Translations under genes and position numbers: made by a program
Notes under the pieces: model-generated
Database searches by the model: none
Told to the model about the DNA's origin: nothing
Seen by the model: only the letters and a program-made list of their open reading frames with translations
Shown here: in pieces, positions 52,474-64,000 of the stretch
Position numbering within the stretch: position 1 is the first letter of the stretch
Layout: each line of letters begins with the position of its first letter
From: Kiloniellaceae bacterium
Lineage (GTDB): Bacteria > Pseudomonadota > Alphaproteobacteria > Kiloniellales > J153
DNA: 64,000 bases
Assembly: GCA_021776115.1 (NCBI GenBank)
Contig: JAJFGN010000045.1
Coordinates: forward strand, 83,025 to 147,024
Reading direction: 5' to 3'

Positions 52474-52989
52474 ATGCGCCGGGTCAAGCTAGACCGGATC
52501 GACCTGCATATCTTGAAGGATCTGCAGGAAGATGGGCGTATAACCAACGTCGATCTCGCGCGCCGCGCCGGTATATCGGCGCCGCCCTGTCTGCGTCGTG
52601 TGCGGGCGCTCGAGGAAGCCGGATACATCAAGGGTTACCATGCGGAGTTAAGCAGCGAGCTGTTGAGCTTCGATGTGACCTTCTTCGCCTTGGTCGGCCT
52701 CGATAGCCAATCGGAAAGCGTGCTGAGCGCCTTTGAACGCGCGATGGCCGAATGGCCCGAAGTCCGCCAGTGCCATATGGCGCGCGGTCCGCACGACTTC
52801 GTCCTGAAGATCGTGGCCCGCAACACCGCGCACGAAAATCAACTGACAACCAAGTTGACCGCCGTGCCGCATGTTGTGACGGTGCAAACGATCCAGGTGA
52901 TCCAAACCTCGAAGGCCCTAGCCGGGGTTCCGATCGAACCGAACCGGCCATTGGGCGCCGACGCCCACGACGACGATAGCGACGTCTGA
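52474..52989 (+). CDS. Lrp/AsnC family regulator
   Basis: LDRIDLHILKDLQEDGRITNVDLARRAGISAPPCLRRVRALE. Confidence 0.92.
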   Translation: MRRVKLDRIDLHILKDLQEDGRITNVDLARRAGISAPPCLRRVRALEEAGYIKGYHAELSSELLSFDVTFFALVGLDSQSESVLSAFERAMAEWPEVRQCHMARGPHDFVLKIVARNTAHENQLTTKLTAVPHVVTVQTIQVIQTSKALAGVPIEPNRPLGADAHDDDSDV

Positions 52990-53052
52990 ACTCCGGCAGC
53001 GCCGGATAGGGCCGGGGATTGAGGCGCGGGTGGGCCTAACCACCCGTGGTAC

Positions 53053-53529
53053 TTAAGTGAATTTCACACGCGCGATTTCGTAGGCCTTTTCGCCCTTCGG
53101 GGTGTTCACCTCAACCGAGTCGCCGACAGTCTTACCGATGATCGCGCGCGCGAGGGGGGCCGTAATCGCCAAGCGCCCTTGCTTCACATCCGCCTCGTCC
53201 TCGCCAACGATCTGATAGGTTAGCTTTTCCTTTGAATCTTCGTCGATCAGCGTGACGGTCGCGCCGAACATCACGGTTTTGCCGGATAACTTCGAAACGT
53301 CGATCACCTCTGCGCGGGAGACCTTCTCCTCCAATTCGCCGACTCTTCCTTCGATGAAGCTCTGGCGGTCCCGCGCGGCGTGATACTCCGCGTTTTCCGA
53401 CAGATCGCCGTGCTCGCGCGCCTCCGCGATGGCGCGAATAACCTCGGGTCGTGCCGTGCCCCTCAAATGGCGCAGCTCTTCTTCGAGCCGTGCCAGGCCT
53501 TCGGCTGTCATGGGAATCTTTTCACTCAT
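53053..53529 (-). CDS. greA: Transcription elongation factor GreA
   Basis: [26 protein letters not shown]. Confidence 0.96.
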   Translation of the reverse strand: MSEKIPMTAEGLARLEEELRHLRGTARPEVIRAIAEAREHGDLSENAEYHAARDRQSFIEGRVGELEEKVSRAEVIDVSKLSGKTVMFGATVTLIDEDSKEKLTYQIVGEDEADVKQGRLAITAPLARAIIGKTVGDSVEVNTPKGEKAYEIARVKFT

Positions 53530-53602
53530 GCGTGCTTATCCGCCGCTAGTTCTTGTTCACGTCTTGGGAAATACCGACCCTGTACCTTGAGCGGTACGGA
53601 GC

Positions 53603-56600
53603 CTAAAACGACCCCTTAAAATAGGACTGAAGCGGGGCAACTTCAAGCTGTCCGGCCTTCAGGGCGGCGATCGCTTGGACCGCCGCGCCCGCGCCCGCGG
53701 TTGTCGTGTAGTAGGGAATCGCGCCAATCAGGGCTGCCCGCCGGAGCTCGTAGCTGTCCGCCACCGCCTTGCCGCCCTTGGCCGTGTTGATCACAAGCTT
53801 GATCTGGTCCGATTTCATAGCGTCGACAATGTGCGGCCGGCCTTCCCTCACCTTGTTGATAACCTCGACCGTCAGACCATTGTCTACGAGGAACTTGGCG
53901 GTTCCCCGTGTGGCAAGGAGGGAGAAGCCCGAGCCCGCAAGGTCCCGGCACAGGGGCAGGATAAGCTTCCTGTCGGCTTCGCGGACAGAGACGAAAACTT
54001 TTCCCTCCAACGGCAGGGCGACGCCCGCTCCGATCTGCGCCTTCAGGAAGGCCCGGGGGAAGCTCGTGTCCAAACCCATAACCTCGCCGGTCGAGCGCAT
54101 TTCGGGGCCAAGCATGACATCCACGCCGGCGAAACGCGCGAAGGGGAAAACGGTCTCCTTGACCGCAATGTGGCTCCTGCGCTCGGCCACTAGGTTGAAG
54201 TCCCGCAGCTTTTGGCCAACCATAACGCAGGCGGCGATTTTGGCGATCGCCACACCCGTTGCCTTGGCGACGAAGGGCACGGTCCGGCTGGCCCTAGGGT
54301 TGACTTCCAGGACATAGATGTCGCCGTCGCGTACCGCGAACTGAACGTTCATCAGGCCCACGACGTTGAGCGCCTTGGCCAGGCGTTCGGTTTGGCGTCC
54401 TATTTCAGCGATGATGTCGCTGGAAAGGGAATGGGGCGGCAGGGAACAGGCCGAATCCCCGGAATGAATACCAGCTTCCTCGATATGCTCCATGATGCCC
54501 GCCACAAAAACGCTCTCGCCGTCGGACACCGCATCGGCGTCGACCTCGATCGCCTCGCTGAGGTAGCGATCGATCAACACTGGGTTGGTGCCTGAGGCCC
54601 GCACAGCGCTGCGCATGTAGCGCTCTAGATCGGCCATTTCGTGAACGATCTCCATGGCTCGCCCACCCAGGACATAGGAGGGCCGGATTAGGACGGGCAG
54701 GCCGATGCGCTTCGCGATGGCTCGTGCTTCTTTAAGCGAAGTCGCGATCCCGCTGTCGGGTTGTTTGAGACCCAGTTTCTCCAGGAGTTTCTGAAACCGC
54801 CCGCGATCCTCGGCAAGGTCGATCGCGTCGGGCGAAGTGCCCAGGATCGGAATCTGCGCCTGTTCCAGGGCCAGGGCGAGCTTTAGAGGCGTTTGTCCGC
54901 CAAACTGAACAATCACGCCCAGCAGACGCCCGTTGCGTTGCTCGGTGCGCGCGATCTCGATCACGTCCTCGGCGGTCAAAGGCTCGAAATAGAGCCGGTC
55001 TGAGGTGTCGTAGTCGGTCGAGACCGTTTCCGGGTTGCAGTTGACCATGATGGTCTCGATCCCGGCGTCTTTCAGGGCGTAGGCGGCGTGCACGCAACAG
55101 TAGTCGAATTCTATGCCCTGACCGATTCGGTTGGGGCCGCCACCCAGGATCATGACCTTGTCGCGCGCGCTCGGCGCTGCTTCGCACTCCGCGGGCTGGG
55201 TCTCGTTGCCCTCGTAGGTCGAATACATATAAGGCGTGTCGGAGGGGAACTCGCCGGCGCAAGTATCGACGCGCTTGAAAACCGGGGCGACCGCAAGCTT
55301 CCGGCGCAGGGCGGTGACCTCGGACTCGCTCTGGCCAGTCAGGACGCCCAGTCGGGTGTCCGAGAAGCCCATTTTCTTGAGGCCCAGCATGCCGCCCCGA
55401 TCCTGGGGCAGGCCATGCTTGCGCAGGCCGTCCTCTAGGTTCACTAGGTGAGCGATCTGCTGCAGGTACCAGGGGTCGTAATTTGTCGCAGCCTGGATTG
55501 AGTCCATGTCGAGGCCATGGCGCAGCGCCTGGGCAATCAAGAGTATGCGGTCTGGCCGGGGTTTAGCTAGTTCGTCACGTACCGCGTCCAGATCGACCTT
55601 GCCGGCGCTGTCCAGTGCGCCCGGCATCTCGACCTCATCGAGGCCGCTGATGCCGGTTTCCATGGACCGCAAGGCTTTTTGCAAGGATTCAGCGAAGCAG
55701 CGCCCCATGGCCATGCCTTCACCGACCGACTTCATAGAGGTGGTCAGCAGCGGCTCGGTGCCGGGAAACTTTTCGAAGGTGAAGCGCGGCACCTTGGTGA
55801 CAACGTAATCGATGGTCGGCTCGAAGGAAGCCGGCGTAACCTTGGTGATATCGTTGTCCAATTCGTCCAGGGTGTAGCCGACCGCGAGTTTGGCGGCGAT
55901 TTTCGCGATCGGAAATCCGGTCGCCTTCGAGGCCAGGGCGGAGGAGCGTGACACGCGCGGATTCATCTCGATCACAACCATCTGGCCATCGGCCGGATTG
56001 ACCGCGAACTGCACGTTCGAGCCGCCGGTATCGACGCCGATCTCGCGCAACACCGCGATCGAGGCGTCGCGCATAACCTGGTATTCCTTGTCGGTCAGCG
56101 TCAGCGTCGGCGCGACCGTGACCGAATCGCCGGTATGGATGCCCATCGGATCGATATTCTCGATCGAGCAAATGATGATGCAGTTGTCGGCGCGGTCGCG
56201 CACGACCTCCATCTCATACTCTTTCCAGCCGAGCACGGACTGCTCGACCAGGACTTCATTGACCGGGGATGCGCGCAGGCCGCCCAGCACGATCTCCTCG
56301 TATTCGTCCCGATTGTAGGCGATGCCGCCGCCCGTGCCGCCCAGGGTGTAGGACGGGCGAATGATCGCGGGCAGACCGATTTCTTCGGCGGCCTCAAGCG
56401 CTTCGGCGAAGGTCGTAACAGCGCGCGCGCGCGGCGTGGCCAGGCCGATCCGGTCCATCGCTTCGCGGAAGCGATCGCGCGCCTCGGCCTTTTGAATCGA
56501 CTCCGCTGTGGCGCCAATCATTTCGACACCGTACTTGGCCAACACGCCCATACGTTCCAGCTCTAGGCCCGTGTTAAGCGCAGTCTGTCCGCCCATGGTC

Positions 56601-56863
56601 GGCAACAGGGCGTCGGGCCGCTCACGCTCGATCACCTTGGCCACGACATCGGGCGTGATCGGCTCGACATAGGTCGCGTCGGCCAGGCCCGGATCGGTCA
56701 TGATCGTCGCCGGATTGGAATTAACCAGGATGACGCGGTAGCCGTCTTCGCGCAGGGCCTTGCAGGCTTGCGTGCCCGAATAATCGAATTCGCAAGCCTG
56801 ACCGATCACGATCGGCCCCGCGCCAATGATCAGAATCGACTTTATGTCTGTGCGTTTGGGCAT
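53603..56863 (-). CDS. carB: Carbamoyl-phosphate synthase large chain
   Basis: [17 protein letters not shown], duplicated ATP-grasp halves, MGS domain. Confidence 0.97.
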   Translation of the reverse strand: MPKRTDIKSILIIGAGPIVIGQACEFDYSGTQACKALREDGYRVILVNSNPATIMTDPGLADATYVEPITPDVVAKVIERERPDALLPTMGGQTALNTGLELERMGVLAKYGVEMIGATAESIQKAEARDRFREAMDRIGLATPRARAVTTFAEALEAAEEIGLPAIIRPSYTLGGTGGGIAYNRDEYEEIVLGGLRASPVNEVLVEQSVLGWKEYEMEVVRDRADNCIIICSIENIDPMGIHTGDSVTVAPTLTLTDKEYQVMRDASIAVLREIGVDTGGSNVQFAVNPADGQMVVIEMNPRVSRSSALASKATGFPIAKIAAKLAVGYTLDELDNDITKVTPASFEPTIDYVVTKVPRFTFEKFPGTEPLLTTSMKSVGEGMAMGRCFAESLQKALRSMETGISGLDEVEMPGALDSAGKVDLDAVRDELAKPRPDRILLIAQALRHGLDMDSIQAATNYDPWYLQQIAHLVNLEDGLRKHGLPQDRGGMLGLKKMGFSDTRLGVLTGQSESEVTALRRKLAVAPVFKRVDTCAGEFPSDTPYMYSTYEGNETQPAECEAAPSARDKVMILGGGPNRIGQGIEFDYCCVHAAYALKDAGIETIMVNCNPETVSTDYDTSDRLYFEPLTAEDVIEIARTEQRNGRLLGVIVQFGGQTPLKLALALEQAQIPILGTSPDAIDLAEDRGRFQKLLEKLGLKQPDSGIATSLKEARAIAKRIGLPVLIRPSYVLGGRAMEIVHEMADLERYMRSAVRASGTNPVLIDRYLSEAIEVDADAVSDGESVFVAGIMEHIEEAGIHSGDSACSLPPHSLSSDIIAEIGRQTERLAKALNVVGLMNVQFAVRDGDIYVLEVNPRASRTVPFVAKATGVAIAKIAACVMVGQKLRDFNLVAERRSHIAVKETVFPFARFAGVDVMLGPEMRSTGEVMGLDTSFPRAFLKAQIGAGVALPLEGKVFVSVREADRKLILPLCRDLAGSGFSLLATRGTAKFLVDNGLTVEVINKVREGRPHIVDAMKSDQIKLVINTAKGGKAVADSYELRRAALIGAIPYYTTTAGAGAAVQAIAALKAGQLEVAPLQSYFKGSF

Positions 56864-56868
56864 GGCCG

Positions 56869-58080
56869 TTAAGCGGCGCTTTTGTGCGCGTCGATCATCG
56901 CCACGAACCTCTCGAAGAGATAGTGACTGTCGCGCGGGCCCGGGGAGGCCTCTGGGTGGTATTGGACCGAGAAGATTGGCCGGTCCTTCACCCGAAGACC
57001 CTCGTTGGAGCCGTCGAACAGCGACACGTGGCTGACCTCAACATTTTTAGGCAGCGATTCCGGCACCACCTTGAAGCCGTGATTCTGCGAGGTGATCTCA
57101 ACCTTCCCGGTCATTAAATCCCTGACCGGGTGGTTCGCACCCCGGTGGCCCAGGTGCATTTTTTCGGTCGTGGCGCCCAGGGCCAGGGCCAGAATTTGGT
57201 GGCCTAGGCAAATGCCGAAAATCGGCAGCCCGCTGTCCATAAGGGCCCGCACGATCGGGACCGCGTATTGCCCCGTCGCGGCCGGATCGCCGGGTCCATT
57301 GGCGAGGAAAATGCCGTCGGGCTGGTGGCGCAGGATGTCGGCGGCCGCGGTGTCTGCCGGCACCACCGTTAGCCGGCAGCCGAGAGAGGCGAGGCAGCGA
57401 AGGATATTGCGCTTAGCGCCATAATCGACCGCCACGACGTGATATTTCGGCGTCTCGAGCTTGCCGTAACCCTGGCCCAAAACCCAGCGCGTTTCGTCCC
57501 AGGTGTAGCTCTGGCGGCAGGTAACTTCCTTCGCCAGGTCCATGCCTTCCAGGCCTGGCCACGCCGCCGCCTTGCCTTGAAGGTCCGGCAAGTCGAAAGC
57601 GCCGCCCGGCTCGTGCACCAGGCAGGCGTTGGGCGCGCCCAGGTCGCGAATTCGCCGTGTGAGCGCGCGCGTATCGATGCCGGCAATGCCGACCAGATCG
57701 CGCGCCTTCAACCAAGCATCCAAGTGTTGCGCCGCCCGCCAGTTGGAGGGCTCCGTGATGTCGCAGCGCAGGACCAGGCCACGCGCCGCCGGGATCTGCG
57801 TTTCGATGTCTTCCGGGTTGGTGCCGACGTTCCCGACATGGGGAAAGGTAAAGGTGATGATTTGCCCGGCGTAGGAGGGATCGGTGAGGATTTCCTGATA
57901 GCCGGTCATGGAGGTGTTAAAGCAAACCTCGCCGGTCGCCGCGCCGGGTGCGCCTAAGCCTCGACCCCATAGAACCGTTCCGTCGGTCAGAACCAAGGCG
58001 CCGGTGGTTCCTTTCGGCCGGTCAGCCGCTGACGGCCTCATCGCACCGGAAGAGGTTGCGGCATGGTGCGCAAGGGTCAT
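56869..58080 (-). CDS. carA: Carbamoyl-phosphate synthase small chain (start 58080 or 58041)
   Basis: [37 protein letters not shown]. Confidence 0.96.
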   Translation of the reverse strand: MTLAHHAATSSGAMRPSAADRPKGTTGALVLTDGTVLWGRGLGAPGAATGEVCFNTSMTGYQEILTDPSYAGQIITFTFPHVGNVGTNPEDIETQIPAARGLVLRCDITEPSNWRAAQHLDAWLKARDLVGIAGIDTRALTRRIRDLGAPNACLVHEPGGAFDLPDLQGKAAAWPGLEGMDLAKEVTCRQSYTWDETRWVLGQGYGKLETPKYHVVAVDYGAKRNILRCLASLGCRLTVVPADTAAADILRHQPDGIFLANGPGDPAATGQYAVPIVRALMDSGLPIFGICLGHQILALALGATTEKMHLGHRGANHPVRDLMTGKVEITSQNHGFKVVPESLPKNVEVSHVSLFDGSNEGLRVKDRPIFSVQYHPEASPGPRDSHYLFERFVAMIDAHKSAA

Positions 58081-58347
58081 GATAGGATGGTCCCTCAGCG
58101 GAAGGCCGCGGAAAGCGGCGGCGGCCACGGCGGTCGGGCAACGGAGCGGCGGGCAACGTCACAGGTCCTGCGGCACCCCTCCGGTGCGGCGGCGGCCACT
58201 CTATTACGGGAATACGGTTATGCGGTCAAGCCCCAGCCGGGATAAATAAAGGATGATTTTCAAAGAGTTACCGCAATCGCAAAACTTTGCCATTTGGCTC
58301 GATATCATTTACCCTCTGCGCCCTTTGAGGCCGCGCGGAGTCACCAT

Positions 58348-58803
58348 ATGTTTCGAGCCCGTCTGAACGATTCGCTGAAAGAGGCAATGAAGGCCAAGGA
58401 GCCGAGCAGGGTCTCGACCCTGCGGCTGATACTGGCAGCGCTCAAGGACCGCGACATTGCCGCCCGCACAAAGGGCAAGTCCGACGGCATCGGTGAGGAC
58501 GAAATCCTGGAAATGCTTCAGAAGATGGTCCGGCAGCGTCAGGACTCGATGGAGATGTATACCAAGGGCAACCGCCCGGACTTGGCCGACAAGGAAGCCG
58601 CCGAGATCGAGATCATCGAGCAATTTCTTCCCAAGCAGCTTAACGAAGACGAGATCGGCGCCGCTGTCGGCGAGGTCATCGGTGAGTTGGAAGCCGCGTC
58701 TATCAAAGACATGGGCCGGGTCATGAGCGAGTTGAAACAGCGTTTTGCCGGGCGGATGGATTTCGGCCGGGCGAGCGCCCTGGTAAAAAGCCGGCTAGCC
58801 TGA
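58348..58803 (+). CDS. GatB/YqeY domain protein
   Basis: KEAMKAK...STLRLI...RQRQDS...GRVM. Confidence 0.9.
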   Translation: MFRARLNDSLKEAMKAKEPSRVSTLRLILAALKDRDIAARTKGKSDGIGEDEILEMLQKMVRQRQDSMEMYTKGNRPDLADKEAAEIEIIEQFLPKQLNEDEIGAAVGEVIGELEAASIKDMGRVMSELKQRFAGRMDFGRASALVKSRLA

Positions 58804-58984
58804 GTTCTTGGGCGCGCCCCGGCGACCGGGCACATCGAGTTATCCCCGCTTACGCTTTAAGTCCCCACAGTTTTGTCCCGAGATTTTGGCCTAGCCCGCC
58901 GAGTTGCACGTATCTAGGCTAGGGCGCGCATGCGTCAATCGTCTACATTCCTTCCTTGCGAATCAGCATGAGCCTTACGCCTCA

Positions 58985-60952
58985 ATGAGCTTTCCACCCG
59001 GATTCCTAGACGAAATTCGTGGCCGGGTGCCGCTGGCCGGGATCGTTGGCCGCAGGGTCAAGCTGACCCGGCGCGGGCGCGAGCATTCTGGCCTGTGCCC
59101 ATTCCACAACGAGAAAACTCCCTCTTTTACGCTCAACGAGGACAAGGGCTTCTATCATTGCTTCGGTTGCGGCGCGCACGGCGACGTCATCGGTTTCGTC
59201 ATGCAGACCGAGAGTCTTTCCTTTCCCGAGGCGGTGGAGCGCCTGGCCGGTGAGGCTGGCCTGGATGTACCTCGTCCCACGCCGGAGGCACGCGCGGCAG
59301 CCGAGCGCCAAGCGACCTTGCTGGAGGCGATGGAGGCCGCGGCAAAATGGTTCGAGCAACAACTGAGCGGCGCCACGGGGGCCCAAGCGCGGGCCTACCT
59401 GGACGGCCGGGGCTTGGACCCGGAATCTATTTCCGCCTTTCGCCTGGGCTTCGCGCCCGATCGGCGCGGGTTGATGCGCGGCGCCCTCAATGCGCGCGGC
59501 ATAGACGACCGGCGCCTGGCCGAGACGGGCCTCATCAAGGTACCGGAGGATGGCGGGGAGCCCCGCGACTACTTCTTCAACCGGATCGTCTTTCCGATCG
59601 GCGACCGGCGCGGGCGGATCATCGCTTTTGGCGGGCGGGCGCTCGGCGATTCCCCGGCCAAGTACCTGAACTCGCCCGACACGCCCCTGTTTCATAAAGG
59701 CCGGACCCTCTACAACCTGGCGCGCGCCCGCCTGGCAACGCACGACACGGGCGAGCTTATTGTCGTCGAAGGCTATATGGACGTGATCGCACTGGCGGCG
59801 GCTGGGTTTCCGGCGGTGGTGGCGCCCCTGGGCACCGCCGTGACAGCGGACCAAATAAGTGAGCTGTGGCGTTTGAACGATGAGCCGGTGATTTGCCTGG
59901 ACGGAGATGCGGCCGGGCAACGCGCGGGCTTGCGGGTGGCCGAACGGGCTTTGCCCCTGCTGAGGCCCGGCCAAAGCCTGCGTTTCGCCACCTTGCCCAA
60001 GGGCGAGGACCCGGACAGCCTGGTTCGCGGCGCCGGGCCGCCGATGATGCGCCGGGTGCTGAAAGCGGCCCGCCCCTTGGTTGAGTTGGTTTGGTCCATG
60101 GAGACGGTTTCGGGCCGATTCGATACCCCGGAGCGTCAGGCGGGCCTGATACAAGCATTGGACGGGCGGCTGCGCGCGATCGGCGACGCGGATGTCCAGA
60201 AAGCCTATCGGGAGGCCTTGAATCAGCGATTTTTCGATACTTTCGGTTTTGGCGCTTGGGGCCGCCCGTCGCGCAGCGCCCCAGACCGGGGGGGACGAGG
60301 CCGCCGCGAGCCCCGATACGGTCCGGCGCGCGGTTCCTTCGGTTTCAAAGGACGGCCCGGAAAGCCGGGAAACAAAGGGTTTAGGCGCCAGGGTGAAGGG
60401 CGGGAGCGCTGGGCAAGCGGAACCGACGCGGCGGCCCACCAAGCCCCGGATCTGTTGCTCCGGCGTCAGGAACAAGTGCTTTTGGCCACTCTCGTTAACC
60501 ATCCGGAACTAATTGTCGAGTACGCTGAACACCTGGCGGAGCTGATTTTGCTGTCCGGCGCCTTGGATCGGCTGTTTCAGGCCGCCTTGGAGATCGGGTC
60601 CCGCGAACCGGATCTTGACAGTGACGCCATGAAATGCCACCTCACAGAGCAAGGCTTTGCAGCGAATTTGGGCGAGATACTGCACGCACGGGTATACGTT
60701 CACGGCGGGTTCGCCCGGCCTGACGGCTCCCTGGAAGATGCGCGTACGGGTATCTTGCACATCCTGGAAGGATATCGCCGGCAGCGGGCCGAAACGGAGA
60801 CCGACATGGCGGGCCGCGATCTGGCGGCGGCTATGGCGGAGGGCGCGGAGTCGGAAGACGCCTTGGCCAAGTTGGAAGCCAAGCAGAGGCAGCTCAAGGA
60901 AAGCGACGAGCGTTGGTTTGAGCTTGACCCCCCGGACGGGGTGGATACTTAA
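58985..60952 (+). CDS. dnaG: DNA primase
   Basis: CPFHNEKTPSF, HCFGCG zinc finger, KYLNSP, VEGYMD, DGDAAG TOPRIM. Confidence 0.96.
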   Translation: MSFPPGFLDEIRGRVPLAGIVGRRVKLTRRGREHSGLCPFHNEKTPSFTLNEDKGFYHCFGCGAHGDVIGFVMQTESLSFPEAVERLAGEAGLDVPRPTPEARAAAERQATLLEAMEAAAKWFEQQLSGATGAQARAYLDGRGLDPESISAFRLGFAPDRRGLMRGALNARGIDDRRLAETGLIKVPEDGGEPRDYFFNRIVFPIGDRRGRIIAFGGRALGDSPAKYLNSPDTPLFHKGRTLYNLARARLATHDTGELIVVEGYMDVIALAAAGFPAVVAPLGTAVTADQISELWRLNDEPVICLDGDAAGQRAGLRVAERALPLLRPGQSLRFATLPKGEDPDSLVRGAGPPMMRRVLKAARPLVELVWSMETVSGRFDTPERQAGLIQALDGRLRAIGDADVQKAYREALNQRFFDTFGFGAWGRPSRSAPDRGGRGRREPRYGPARGSFGFKGRPGKPGNKGFRRQGEGRERWASGTDAAAHQAPDLLLRRQEQVLLATLVNHPELIVEYAEHLAELILLSGALDRLFQAALEIGSREPDLDSDAMKCHLTEQGFAANLGEILHARVYVHGGFARPDGSLEDARTGILHILEGYRRQRAETETDMAGRDLAAAMAEGAESEDALAKLEAKQRQLKESDERWFELDPPDGVDT

Positions 60953-61043
60953 AGCTTGGGCGGACAATTTTGGGCGAGGATGGTGACCTGCGCGGGGGCG
61001 GACGGTCACGGTCATGTATTGGATTTTGGGGATGAAGAGCTAA

Positions 61044-63110
<2,067 letters not shown>

Positions 63111-63165
63111 TCGAGGCAGCGGCGCGGTTCGGGATTACGGTTTTCAGCCGGTCTCGGAAAGCGAT

Positions 63166-63624
63166 TTGCCCCTCATTGCCGAGTGGCTAGCACTGCCGCA
63201 CGTTGCGTACTGGTGGCCGGATGGACAGATTGAGCGAATTCGCAATGGTTTGAGTGTGACGTGGCTGGAGTCTTATTTGGTCTCCGCTGACGGTCACGCG
63301 TTCGGCTATCTCCAGTGTTACGATCCTAACGTCGAGCCGACGAGCGAATGGACCGGGCAGCCGTCCGGCACGCGGGGGATCGATTTTTTCATCGGCGAGT
63401 TAGGGCAAATAGGCCATGGACATGGCACCGGCCTATTGCGTGCCTTTTGCAAAACCCTTCTCATACGCCCCGCCGTCACGCGGATCATTGCCGATCCATC
63501 GCCGGACAATAAGGCGTCCATCAAGGCGTTAGAGCGCGCCGGCTTCCGCGCCGTGAGCCGGTATGACAAGTCTTGGGGCCGGGTTTTATTGATGGCGCGC
63601 GAGCGCGCGGATCAGGACGAATAG
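63166..63624 (+). CDS. GNAT acetyltransferase (AAC(6')-like / Acetyltransf_8 type); true start unclear
   Basis: EWLALPHVAYWW, GIDFFIGE...GHGHG, DPSPDNKASIKALERAGF. Confidence 0.78.
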   Translation: MPLIAEWLALPHVAYWWPDGQIERIRNGLSVTWLESYLVSADGHAFGYLQCYDPNVEPTSEWTGQPSGTRGIDFFIGELGQIGHGHGTGLLRAFCKTLLIRPAVTRIIADPSPDNKASIKALERAGFRAVSRYDKSWGRVLLMARERADQDE

Positions 63625-63664
63625 GCCTAGGCGCACAGTCGGTGCTGGACTATCGTCCGAACTC

Positions 63665-64000
63665 ATGCACATCACCCTTCTCGGCACCGGCTGCCCGGCG
63701 GTCCATTTGGAGCGCTACGGCCCGGCGCAGTTGATCCGCCATGGCGGCACGGCGGTCCTGGTCGATTGCGGCTCCGGCGTCACCCAACGGCTGTTGGCGG
63801 CGGGATCCTCGGGCCGCGATATCGATGCGCTGCTGCTCACGCACCTGCATTCCGATCACATTGTCGATCTGTTTCAACTCGTCATCTCGAGCTGGCATCA
63901 GGGCCGCGACCGCCCGCAGCGCGTTTACGGCCCGCCTGGCACGCGGGCCTATGTCGAGGGCCTACTCGATCTGTGGCGGCCGGAGCTGGCGCAGCGTATC
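63665..64000 (+). CDS. MBL-fold hydrolase, RNase Z/BN-like (3'-truncated by window; absent from ORF track)
   Basis: Manual translation MHITLLGTGCP...LVDCGSG...LTHLHSDH...YGPPG. Confidence 0.85.
   Translation, partial: MHITLLGTGCPAVHLERYGPAQLIRHGGTAVLVDCGSGVTQRLLAAGSSGRDIDALLLTHLHSDHIVDLFQLVISSWHQGRDRPQRVYGPPGTRAYVEGLLDLWRPELAQRI

Noticed and set aside
59006-60502. 498-aa antisense ORF over dnaG, and similar ORFs over rpoD and clpB
   Set aside because: Shadow ORFs of conserved genes

Overview
High-GC alphaproteobacterial chromosome segment, probably Rhodospirillales sensu lato (inferred from gene order and protein style). It is mostly housekeeping: ispG-hisS-hemA-prfA-prmC-DUF4167, clpB, ppk2, M23 peptidase, kbl-tdh, ggt, tctCBA, an aspartate aminotransferase, an EF-G paralog, msrP, lpxO, then lysR-trxB...lrp-greA-carB-carA-yqeY-dnaG-rpoD. 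I saw no tRNA, rRNA, CRISPR array, integrase or transposase. The best novel candidates are: (1) an unannotated ~125-nt AbcR-like sRNA downstream of the LsrB/VtlR-type LysR gene, with anti-SD motifs, a terminator, a promoter and an LTTR dyad; (2) an ELM1 / 2OG-Fe(II) oxygenase / four-module His-bearing protein operon; (3) a two-gene insert encoding a membrane HExxH zincin with PKD-like domains and a Cys-rich membrane partner; (4) an orphan encapsulin-type ferritin; (5) an RHH-glyoxalase-Tat-GMC cluster. Also present are a nested double-palindrome TetR operator and several different REP-like elements. Start codons were adjusted by eye where the ORF track over-extends. All family assignments come from motif recognition, not database searches.
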